From contig CAXXHA010000020.1 of the NCBI GenBank assembly GCA_963662265.2, positions 1-15,334 on the forward strand: 15,334 nt of DNA. The letters are read 5' to 3'. Below are positions 7,860 to 15,334 of the stretch, in pieces; position 1 is the first letter of the stretch, and each line of letters opens with the position of its first letter. The translations under genes were made by a program, and so were the position numbers. The notes beneath the pieces were generated by a model. The model saw only the letters and a program-made list of their open reading frames with translations, was not told the DNA's origin and ran no database searches. This stretch comes from Spirochaetia bacterium. Its GTDB lineage: Bacteria; Spirochaetota; Spirochaetia; CADAEX01.

Positions 7860-8672
7860 CTACTCGAAATCAGGTGATATCAGATTCAGAATATCATCAT
7901 CAAAATTTGATACTTTATCAATAACATTTGCAAGAATGTTTCTGATATTTTTATCGCCGGATTTAACTATATCATTGTATCTTCCTGACGCATAAATTTT
8001 ATGATCCTTAAGCAATATGAGATTATCTGCAAGCATTGATGTTATTTCAGGATCATATGTACAGATTATAAGTGTTTTATCTTCAGATTTCAGGTCTTTT
8101 ATTATGGATCTGATTTTTGCAGCAGTTTCAAAATCAAGAGCTGACAGGGGATTGTCAATAAATATAATTTCGGGATCTGTTATCAGTGCACGGGCAAAAG
8201 AGACAAGCTTCCTGTTACCTGATGAAATCTGGGAAGGTCTTTTGGAAAGATTTTCATTTAAACCCAGTTTTCTGCACATCCTGTTTATTTTCACCTCAAT
8301 TACATCTTTATCAAGCTCGGGGTAGTGGTACTGAAGAGGAAGTTCAAGGTTCTGAAAAAGGTTTTTATTTGCCCACAAAGCGCTGTCCTGAAAAATAAAA
8401 CCGTTTCTCTTCCTGAAATTCCTGACTTTGCTGAAAGACATTATGTTGAAGTTGTTCCCTTCTATATACAGCTTGCCGGAGTCTGCAGGAAGAATACCGG
8501 AAAGCACCTTTAAGAGTGTGCTTTTCCCGCTTCCGAGGGAACCTGTAATAACAGTTGTTGTATTTTTCTGTATAGAGACAGATACATTGTCGAGAATTGT
8601 TATACCGCTTTTTGAAAGGGTAACATCCCTGAGTTCCAGTACTGTATTGTTATCTGTATTTACACTGCACAT
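7860..8672 (-). CDS. mlaF: MlaF-like ABC ATP-binding protein with degenerate catalytic motifs
   Basis: Walker A GSLGSGKST and Q-loop GFIFQD are present. Signature is ISSGNRK, Walker B is IIFIDN, H-loop position is CTYD. Lies between mlaE and mlaD. Confidence 0.82.
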   Translation of the reverse strand: MCSVNTDNNTVLELRDVTLSKSGITILDNVSVSIQKNTTTVITGSLGSGKSTLLKVLSGILPADSGKLYIEGNNFNIMSFSKVRNFRKRNGFIFQDSALWANKNLFQNLELPLQYHYPELDKDVIEVKINRMCRKLGLNENLSKRPSQISSGNRKLVSFARALITDPEIIFIDNPLSALDFETAAKIRSIIKDLKSEDKTLIICTYDPEITSMLADNLILLKDHKIYASGRYNDIVKSGDKNIRNILANVIDKVSNFDDDILNLISPDFE

Positions 8673-8675
8673 ATA

Positions 8676-9467
8676 TCAGAACCACAGGTAATTTATCGTT
8701 ACTATTATTGCATCGGCAAGTATACAGAGAATAAATCCCTGTCCTACAGATTTTATTACAACCACAGGTATTTCTGTAGTAGATCCTTCAACCTTGAAAC
8801 CATTATATGTAGCAACAATGGAAATTATCATTCCGAATACAATACTCTTGAATATTGAGGAAAAAATAACAACTGGCTTGAGTACAAGAAGCAGGTTTCT
8901 GAAATACTCAAGAAAAGTTACCTGTTTTATAATCTGGGATATGAAATAGGAGCCTATAAGGCCGGAAATATTGAAATAGAGGTTTAGAATAACAAGAGAA
9001 ATTGTTACCCCGAGGAATCTAGGTACAACAAGATAAGATACTGGGTCTATTCCTGTTGCAATATAAGCCTCAATTTCATGAGAAACAACCATGTTTCCAA
9101 GCTCTGTCGATATAGCTGTCGCTGACCGGGCTATAATGATAAAAGCGGTGAGAAGGGGGCCGAGTTCCTTTGTAATTACAACTACAAGAATTTTGTAGAT
9201 AAGATCACCCTGGCCGAACTGGGGAAGCAGGGTCAGCCCCTGTATAATAATTACTACACCAAGAGCAATACCGATAAGGCTTATAATACTAAGTGCTTCA
9301 AAACCTGTGAAAAGGATCTGCATTACCAGTACTTTATAACCGATATGTTTCTGCTTTATAAAAAAAAAAGATTCGCGGATTGTTTTCAGGAAAAAACCTG
9401 AAGCATAAGCTAATTCTTTTATACTGTTAAGTATGTTACTGCCGATTCGATTTATTGAATTTACCAT
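8676..9467 (-). CDS. mlaE: MlaE-family ABC permease
   Basis: Motifs KELGPLLTAFIIIARSATAISTELGNMVVSHEIEAY and GIDPVSYLVVPRF. Multiple TMs; 263 aa. Confidence 0.92.
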   Translation of the reverse strand: MVNSINRIGSNILNSIKELAYASGFFLKTIRESFFFIKQKHIGYKVLVMQILFTGFEALSIISLIGIALGVVIIIQGLTLLPQFGQGDLIYKILVVVITKELGPLLTAFIIIARSATAISTELGNMVVSHEIEAYIATGIDPVSYLVVPRFLGVTISLVILNLYFNISGLIGSYFISQIIKQVTFLEYFRNLLLVLKPVVIFSSIFKSIVFGMIISIVATYNGFKVEGSTTEIPVVVIKSVGQGFILCILADAIIVTINYLWF

Positions 9468-9486
9468 ATATTTATTAACCTTAATT

Positions 9487-9515
9487 ATTATAGCTTATTT
9501 GATATGCAGCTGCAA
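9487..9515 (-). promoter_or_regulatory. Sigma70-type promoter of the mlaE operon
   Basis: Minus strand TTGCAG (9515-9510), 17 nt, TATAAT (9492-9487), about 20 nt upstream of the mlaE ATG. Confidence 0.55.
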
Positions 9516-9956
9516 TTATAATTACATATATGTTGTATCACAGTTCTTATAAATTTAGACATTTAAAATAATTATTTTACCTGCAGATTACGGCAATGAG
9601 TAAAATAAGAACAATATAATGTTTGTTTTTAAAAAACCTCTGTCCGATAATATATTTATGCCAGGTACATCTGTGTAAAATCATCAAATATACATGTTGT
9701 TAAAAGCAGTACCCGGTTTTATAATTATTTGAAAATAGGGATTTCAAAAAATATATTTTTTGTTATCATATAACAGAAGAATGTGTAAATAATGTATTTT
9801 GTAAAAAAGTCCGTGTAAACAGGCAGTAAAAATGATATAAATTATGTAAACTGCCTAAACAGTTATATAATTAATTAACTGTAAATCAGATTATTTAAGA
9901 ATAACCGGTAGAAATAGTCCGGAAAGTATTGAGCATAAAAAGCAGGAGTCAAAACA

Positions 9957-10947
9957 GTGCCCCAGGTTATGCAGTATCAGGCAAAATCTATTATTTATTT
10001 TGAAGGCGATGTCAGCGAAAAGATATATATACTTCAGACGGGAAAGCTATGTCTTAATTTTGTTGATATTGAAACCGGCCAGGAAATACGGGAAATGGTT
10101 AAAACCGGGGAATTTTTCGGCGTAAAATCTGCAATGGGGCGGTATCCGAGAGAGGAAACTGTCGATGTTCTCACACCGAGCACAGTTGTAGTCTTTTCAG
10201 TCCCTGAATTTGAAAACCTGTTCCAGAACAATATAAGAATATGCATGCAGATGCTTAAAGTATTTTCCAACCAGCTCAGGAGAATACACAGAAATGTAAG
10301 AAATCTTCTTGCATATGAGGACCAGACAGATCCTGAAAAGGGACTCTACAACATCGGTGAGTATTATTACAATAACAAAAAATACAAACAGGCGCTTTAC
10401 GCGTTCAGAAGATATCTGACATATTATCCCACAGGCGTATACCAGTCCCAGGCAACACAGTACATAGGAAAAACAGAGAGTTTTATACAGGGTATGCCGG
10501 TCGAAGAGGAGGGAATCTCTGGCTGACAAGCCTGCCCAGAAAACAATACACAGGACTGAAAAAGATGATTCAAGGATCTTTTTTGAGGGAATGAACTATT
10601 TTTCACAGGAAGATTATCAAAGCGCGCTTGATTCATTTAAAGAGATTGTAATGAGATATCAGGCAAGTGAGAACTATCCGAAAGCTCTTTTTGAAACAGG
10701 AAGATGTTATTATTTTCTCAAGCAGTATGACAACTGCATGAAACATTTTACTGCGCTTATCCAGAAAATGCCCAAGCATCCCGATATTGTTGATGCGCTT
10801 CTTTACCTGGGTTTATCGTGCGAGTCTAAGGGAAATAATCAGAAAGCTGTATCGTTTTTCAAAAAAATACTTACAATGGGTGAAGAAAATTCACAGTCAA
10901 TACGCAAGGCAAAACAGGCATTGGGCCGCCTGGAGGGGAATGTATAA
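9957..10947 (+). CDS. Cyclic-nucleotide-binding-domain + TPR protein interrupted by a +1 frameshift (ORFs 9957-10526 and 10591-10947)
   Basis: GTG start with AGGAG RBS (9944-9948). cNMP fold (IIYFEGD...IYILQTG...GEFFG...YPREETV), then a TPR. The second frame is open from 10468. Removing one G from GGG at 10511-10513 gives one 329-aa ORF (…PVEEEESLADKPAQKTIHRTEKDDSRIFFEGMNYFSQEDY…) with further TPRs. Confidence 0.78.
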
Positions 10948-11580
10948 ATGGATTTTTCGCAGTTTGACAGGTTTAAAGTTACATTTCAGAAAGGTGATCT
11001 TATATTTTGTGAATATGAACCAGGCGATACATTCTACCTGATACAGTCTGGAAGGGTTCAGATTGTAAAAATAATGGGTGATATAGAAAAAATTATAGAT
11101 ATACTCCACCCTGGTGAAATATTCGGCGAAATGGCTATTCTAGAGGAAGCACCACGTTCAGCCAGCGCACTTGCAATAGAGACTGTTGAGGCTCTGGAGT
11201 TTAACAAGAAAAACTTTGAAATACTCTTAAGGGGTAATCCCCATATATCATCGACAATACTCCAGACATTTATCAAGAGAATATATGACCAGAAAAGAAG
11301 ATTCATGATACTAACGCTTAAGGAACCTGCTGCAAAAGTTGCCGATGTATTTCTAATGCTTTCAGAAACTCAAGCCTCAGACAGCACATCGCCTACAGAA
11401 AGGATTATTGAAACCAGCGTGGATGATATAGCCCACTGGTGCGGAATGACCCCCCAGGAATGCGGACAGATTGTTGAGCATTTTGTGAACCAGAGAAAGA
11501 TCGAGATGGATTCAAATCATATTATTGTCAAGAATATCAATGATTTCAGAAGGTTTGTGAATTCAAGACGTAAGCAGTAG
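10948..11580 (+). CDS. Crp/Fnr-family transcriptional regulator
   Basis: cNMP-binding domain with a canonical phosphate-binding cassette FGEMAILEEAPRSASA. C-terminal HTH-like segment (SVDDIAHWCGMTPQECGQIVEHF). RBS GGAGGGG at 10932-10938. Abuts the upstream stop. Confidence 0.88.
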   Translation: MDFSQFDRFKVTFQKGDLIFCEYEPGDTFYLIQSGRVQIVKIMGDIEKIIDILHPGEIFGEMAILEEAPRSASALAIETVEALEFNKKNFEILLRGNPHISSTILQTFIKRIYDQKRRFMILTLKEPAAKVADVFLMLSETQASDSTSPTERIIETSVDDIAHWCGMTPQECGQIVEHFVNQRKIEMDSNHIIVKNINDFRRFVNSRRKQ

Positions 11581-11600
11581 TTAAAGTTTTTCATATAGAA

Positions 11601-11609
11601 TGTTATAAT
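11601..11609 (+). promoter_or_regulatory. Possible extended -10 promoter (TGnTATAAT) for the solute-binding protein gene
   Basis: TGTTATAAT in the 107-nt spacer upstream of 11688. The context is AT-rich, so this could be chance. Confidence 0.3.
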
Positions 11610-11687
11610 TTAAGAAATAATATTTTCCCCACCTGATAACAATAGTTTATAATTAATAATTGAGGTCTTAAATCAGGACTGATTATT

Positions 11688-12458
11688 ATGAGAAAAAGTA
11701 AAATAATATTGTTTTTACTGCTTATTACACTCTTTAATACTATTCCTTTACATGCTCAGAATACAGTTGAAATAATTACAAATGATTATATCCCCTTTAC
11801 TTCATCTGAAAATACCGGTACTGGAGTTATCCTTGATATTATCAGGATATCTTTTGCGATTAATAATATACAAGTTAAATATATATTCGCTCCATGGAGA
11901 AGATGCGAGGAAAATCTCAGAAACGGATCAGTCTTTGGATCTGTTCCTTACTTCAAGACAGATGAAAGAATTGAAAAATATGATTTTTCAGATCCTGTAA
12001 TATATTCAGTTAACCATTTCTACTATAACAAAAAAAGATTTCCTGAAGGATTTAAATGGAAAACACTTTCTGATTTAAAGGGATACAGGATCGGAGTTAT
12101 AATGGGGTACTGGTATGAGAAAGAGTTTGAAAAAGCAGGGCTAAATATTGATTATGTGGCAACAGATAAACAAAATATTAAAAAGCTGATTTATGATCGA
12201 ATTGATTTTCTAGTTTTAGATGAAATAACTTTCATTTATATAATGAAAAAATATTTCCATGATAAAATGGAAATGATTGGAATGGTTGAAAACCCGTTAA
12301 GTATCCTGCCATTCCACATAATGATATCTCGTAAATATACAAAATCGAAGGTGTTTACAGAAATATTCAACAACGGACTTGAAACTATCAAGAGAAATGG
12401 AGATTATGAAAAAATATTAAAAAAATACGGGATACCTCAGAACCAATCAGTTCATTAA
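11688..12458 (+). CDS. Periplasmic solute-binding protein, family 3 (polar amino-acid type)
   Basis: Signal peptide. Motifs DYIPF...G...DII, APWRRC, TDER...YDFSDP, DLKGYRIGVIMGY, FNNGLETIKRNGDYEKILKKY. Confidence 0.85.
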   Translation: MRKSKIILFLLLITLFNTIPLHAQNTVEIITNDYIPFTSSENTGTGVILDIIRISFAINNIQVKYIFAPWRRCEENLRNGSVFGSVPYFKTDERIEKYDFSDPVIYSVNHFYYNKKRFPEGFKWKTLSDLKGYRIGVIMGYWYEKEFEKAGLNIDYVATDKQNIKKLIYDRIDFLVLDEITFIYIMKKYFHDKMEMIGMVENPLSILPFHIMISRKYTKSKVFTEIFNNGLETIKRNGDYEKILKKYGIPQNQSVH

Positions 12459-12471
12459 GATAATATATATT

Positions 12472-13782
12472 TCAGACAGGTCCGAACTTCTCACCATAGA
12501 GGAATTTAAGAAAATCGGTACGCGTAATAATTCCCGCAATTTCCCCGTTATCCAGAACAGGTAGATGCCCGATGCTGTTCTTGTACAGAAGCTTTTCTAT
12601 ACCGCTCAAGGTAGTTGATTTTTCCACAGTTATCACCTTCCTCGACATATAGCCCTTAACAGGTGAATGCATCTGCTGTGATTTTCTGGCTTTCATTATA
12701 TCCCTGAGGGTGAGTATTCCTGTAAGCTCGTTGCTGCTGTTTATGACAGGAGCACCCGTGCAGTTGATGTTTTCAAGATACATTGATGCATCGATAATTT
12801 TCTCATTCTCATCAATGCAGTAGACATCTTTTGTCATCAGATCTTCTGCCGTCCTTGCATTTTCAAGATTGCTGCTCAGGACTTCGATAAGTTCGTTGAA
12901 AACATCCTCTCCGGTTCCCCCCTTTACCTTGGCTGAAGCGGCTTTTTCATGACCACCCCCGTCAAAATGGGACAGAAGCTGGTTCAGCTTTATCCTGTCT
13001 TTCTTGCTGCGTGCAATAATAAGTGTAGTCTTACGCTTTCTAAGGTAAAAAACAGCAAAGAAAGCATCCGGGTTTTCTATTTCAAATATTTTTTCAACTA
13101 CAGAAGCAAGACCTGATATCTGATCCTCAAGTTCAACATAACTCAGGATAATATGCTGCCCGTTAAGGTCCCTGTGGGTTATCCTGTTCAGTATTTCATG
13201 GATAAGGGAAACCTGGTATTCTTCCTTGAGGTTTTCCAGAAAATACTTAACAAGCTTTATAGATGCGCCGTTTTTCAGAAAAAAATCAGAAACAATAAAA
13301 TCGTCTGAAGTTATATTCTCGTGGGTGAAATTGCCTGTATCTGCATAAATGCCTGTAAGACCTATTGTAGCCTCATCTGGTGTAAGGGGTATATTCTTTT
13401 CCATGAGAATACTGCCAATAAAAGAGGCATTTGCACCGCACGATGAATGATTAAGCTTCATACCCGGAATATCGTGTGAGTCTGAAGGGTGGTGGTCATA
13501 TACAATAATATCACCTGTCGCTTTTTCAATTAGCGATTCGAATTCCCTTATCCTCTGCATAGACCTTGTATCTACAACAACGATATTTTCAATATCTTCA
13601 TTGATAACATCCTTGAGAGTGAGGAAATCGATGTTTTTTCTCATGAGGTTGTAGAGATTCTTAGCTACAGGATGAATAAGCCTGCTTCTTACTTTTTTAT
13701 AATCGGGATAAATTTTACCTGCAAGAACAATAGATGCAATGCAGTCAAGATCCATGTTGGAATGACCAATAACTATATTCAT
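12472..13782 (-). CDS. DHH/DHHA1 phosphoesterase with a C-terminal CBS pair
   Basis: Start is likely ATG 13782 (MNIVIGHSNMDLD). DHH motifs HxxxDxD, VVDT, DHH, GIYADTGNF. DHHA1 motif GGGHEKAAS. Two CBS domains (GAPV...GILTLRDI; HLPV...GIITRTD). Confidence 0.9.
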   Translation of the reverse strand: MNIVIGHSNMDLDCIASIVLAGKIYPDYKKVRSRLIHPVAKNLYNLMRKNIDFLTLKDVINEDIENIVVVDTRSMQRIREFESLIEKATGDIIVYDHHPSDSHDIPGMKLNHSSCGANASFIGSILMEKNIPLTPDEATIGLTGIYADTGNFTHENITSDDFIVSDFFLKNGASIKLVKYFLENLKEEYQVSLIHEILNRITHRDLNGQHIILSYVELEDQISGLASVVEKIFEIENPDAFFAVFYLRKRKTTLIIARSKKDRIKLNQLLSHFDGGGHEKAASAKVKGGTGEDVFNELIEVLSSNLENARTAEDLMTKDVYCIDENEKIIDASMYLENINCTGAPVINSSNELTGILTLRDIMKARKSQQMHSPVKGYMSRKVITVEKSTTLSGIEKLLYKNSIGHLPVLDNGEIAGIITRTDFLKFLYGEKFGPV

Positions 13783-14028
13783 AAAAACCTGCAAAAATGT
13801 AATTGTGTTGAATCCGGTATTAAAAGCCGGATTTTAGTATAATTATGTGTTTAAAATTATAACATAATAATATATAAAGTGGTTAGCAATAAATTGCAGC
13901 TTAAACACTGTTGTAGTAAGATTATTTATGATGTAAATTGTTTTCCTGTGAATCAGGATGTTTACAACAGGTTGAGCACATAAATATCAGTGCTGAAGCT
14001 GATTTTAATATAAGAATAAAGGTAGTAT

Positions 14029-14325
14029 ATGTTCGAGTTGAATAGCAAGCAGAGAAGTTCGCTTCTGAAACAGTCACACACGCTGAGTCCCCGGGTATGG
14101 ATAGGGAAAAACGGTCTTACAGACGCAATTATTGAAAATGTTGATACACTAATTGAGAAACAGGAACTGATGAAGATCAAGTTTGTCGATTACAAGGATT
14201 CAAAAAGAGAAATAATGGATATAATTTCTGAAAAAACTGATACTGCAATTGTAAAGATTATCGGAAATGTTGCGGTTGTATACCGTCAGGCAAAAGATCC
14301 CGAGAAAAGGAAAGTTTTCCCGTAA
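14029..14325 (+). CDS. yhbY: YhbY/CRM-domain RNA-binding protein (ribosome assembly)
   Basis: 98 aa with LNSKQRSSL...SHTLSPRVWIGKNGLTD...ELMKIK...IIGNVAVVYR. AAGGTAG RBS. Confidence 0.9.
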   Translation: MFELNSKQRSSLLKQSHTLSPRVWIGKNGLTDAIIENVDTLIEKQELMKIKFVDYKDSKREIMDIISEKTDTAIVKIIGNVAVVYRQAKDPEKRKVFP

Positions 14326-14363
14326 AATAATGAGTACTTAACAATTATATTGAAAACTGATGC

Positions 14364-14852
14364 CTACTGCTTCTCGTACTGCTCGACTTCTGTGCTCTTG
14401 TATTCAAGCTCAACTCCAGCCTCTTCAAACATCTTTTCAGATTCTTCGGCTGAATGGTACTTTTTCTCGCAGACAACCCGTACTATACCGCAGTTGATAA
14501 TAAGCATTGCGCATGTTATGCATGGAGTCATTCTGCAGTAGAGAGTAGCGCCCTCTATGGAAATACCGTTTTTTGCAGCCTGGCATATAGCATTCTGCTC
14601 GGCATGAACAGTACGTACACAGTGCTGTGTAACATGGCCGTCTTCATGTATTGTCTTTTTAAAAAGATGACCGACCTCGTCGCAGTGGGGAAGTCCGGCT
14701 GGAGAGCCGACATAACCCGTAACAAGAATTCTCTTGTCACGGGCTATTACACAGCCGCTCCGGCCTCTGTCGCAAGTCGCACGCTTGGAAATAGCATTTG
14801 CCACTTCAATGAAATAATCATCCCACGTAGGTCTTACATAACCGGAAGACAT
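14364..14852 (-). CDS. dCMP deaminase (ComEB-like cytidine/deoxycytidylate deaminase family)
   Basis: RPTWDDYF N-terminus and Zn motifs HAE (HAEQNA) and PCxxC (PCITC). Start is likely ATG 14852, with an AAAGGTG RBS, 4 nt after the pfp stop. Confidence 0.9.
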   Translation of the reverse strand: MSSGYVRPTWDDYFIEVANAISKRATCDRGRSGCVIARDKRILVTGYVGSPAGLPHCDEVGHLFKKTIHEDGHVTQHCVRTVHAEQNAICQAAKNGISIEGATLYCRMTPCITCAMLIINCGIVRVVCEKKYHSAEESEKMFEEAGVELEYKSTEVEQYEKQ

Positions 14853-14856
14853 TTTG

Positions 14857-15334
14857 CTACACACCTTTCTCAAGTTTGAGAGTTTCAGTCGGTTTGTTGC
14901 AAACTTCGTCCGGACCGAAATACTGGATTGCTCCGGGATAGATAAAGGAAGTTTTTACAGCCCATTCATCTCTTTTTGCAGCAAATGCTTTAAAAGGAGC
15001 GCCGTCAAGTTCTACAAGAGCTTTTTTAATTACCGGTTTCATCTTGCCTTTTCTCTGTTCCATGTTCATAAGCATTGATATTGGTACTCCGCCAGGAATC
15101 CAATCCTCAACAGGTTTTTCAAGATCCATGATTGAAGACATATATCCTGTAAGTCCTGCTGAAATAAGAAGAGTTGCAATATATCCGAGAGAGTAGCAGT
15201 AATTAGCATCGAAGTTTGAAGGGAATGCGCATCTTCCTTCGTAACCGAAGAAGTGGTTGAGTGCGCTGAATTTCCCGCTGTATTTACCGAGATTTTTAAG
15301 TTCTTTAAGTCTTTTTTCAGTCATCTGAATGAGA
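14857..15334 (-). CDS. pfp: Pyrophosphate-dependent phosphofructokinase, C-terminal part (5' end outside the window)
   Basis: [48 protein letters not shown]. The frame stays open to the window edge. Confidence 0.9.
   Translation of the reverse strand, partial: LIQMTEKRLKELKNLGKYSGKFSALNHFFGYEGRCAFPSNFDANYCYSLGYIATLLISAGLTGYMSSIMDLEKPVEDWIPGGVPISMLMNMEQRKGKMKPVIKKALVELDGAPFKAFAAKRDEWAVKTSFIYPGAIQYFGPDEVCNKPTETLKLEKGV

Noticed and set aside
6977-8691. Plus-strand ORFs opposite mlaD/mlaF (e.g. 6977-7438, 8017-8325)
   Set aside because: Antisense shadows of well-supported genes.
9360-9369. A10 homopolymer within mlaE as a phase-variation tract
   Set aside because: The frame is intact (it encodes a Phe run), and such runs are common in AT-rich DNA; no evidence of slippage.
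9625-9652. TCCGATAA sigma28-like -10 on the plus strand
   Set aside because: No TAAA -35 at a 15-nt spacing.
13811-13833. AATCCGG...CCGGATT inverted repeat upstream of the DHH gene
   Set aside because: Short 7-bp stem with no clear terminator context or riboswitch features; may be a 5' UTR hairpin but cannot be supported.
14454-15078. Plus-strand ORFs 14454-14879 and 14854-15078
   Set aside because: Antisense to the dCMP deaminase and pfp genes; no protein family features.
1-15334. CRISPR arrays, IS elements, prophage/defence genes, tRNA/rRNA
   Set aside because: No repeat-spacer periodicity, transposase/integrase motifs or tRNA/rRNA signatures were seen. The dCMP deaminase sits in a housekeeping context (coupled to pfp), not a defence one.

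Overview
Chromosomal core-genome window, most likely from a spirochaete (inferred from the lipobox style, the cNMP-TPR/Crp gene pair, PPi-dependent PFK and protein character). The left 9.5 kb is all on the minus strand. It holds a tightly coupled envelope operon (MlaE permease, MlaF-like ATPase, MlaD/MCE, TPR lipoprotein, small membrane protein, LysM/M23 peptidase, PEGA protein), then a class A PBP and a ParB-N-domain gene that the ORF track missed. Divergent from this is a cNMP-binding/TPR gene broken by a +1 frameshift, a Crp/Fnr regulator and an orphan solute-binding protein. The right end carries a DHH-DHHA1-CBS phosphoesterase, yhbY, a dCMP deaminase and the 3' end of pfp. The most interesting unexplained signal is a ~90-nt candidate small RNA at 3382-3470 (-). 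It has a sigma28-like promoter, a long stem with an anti-Shine-Dalgarno CCCCUCCC loop, and an intrinsic terminator. Its loop is complementary to the ribosome-binding site of the Crp gene in this window. Also notable are an MlaF-like ATPase lacking its catalytic Glu and His, and an apparently leaderless PBP1A mRNA. No mobile elements, CRISPR arrays, tRNA or rRNA genes were seen.
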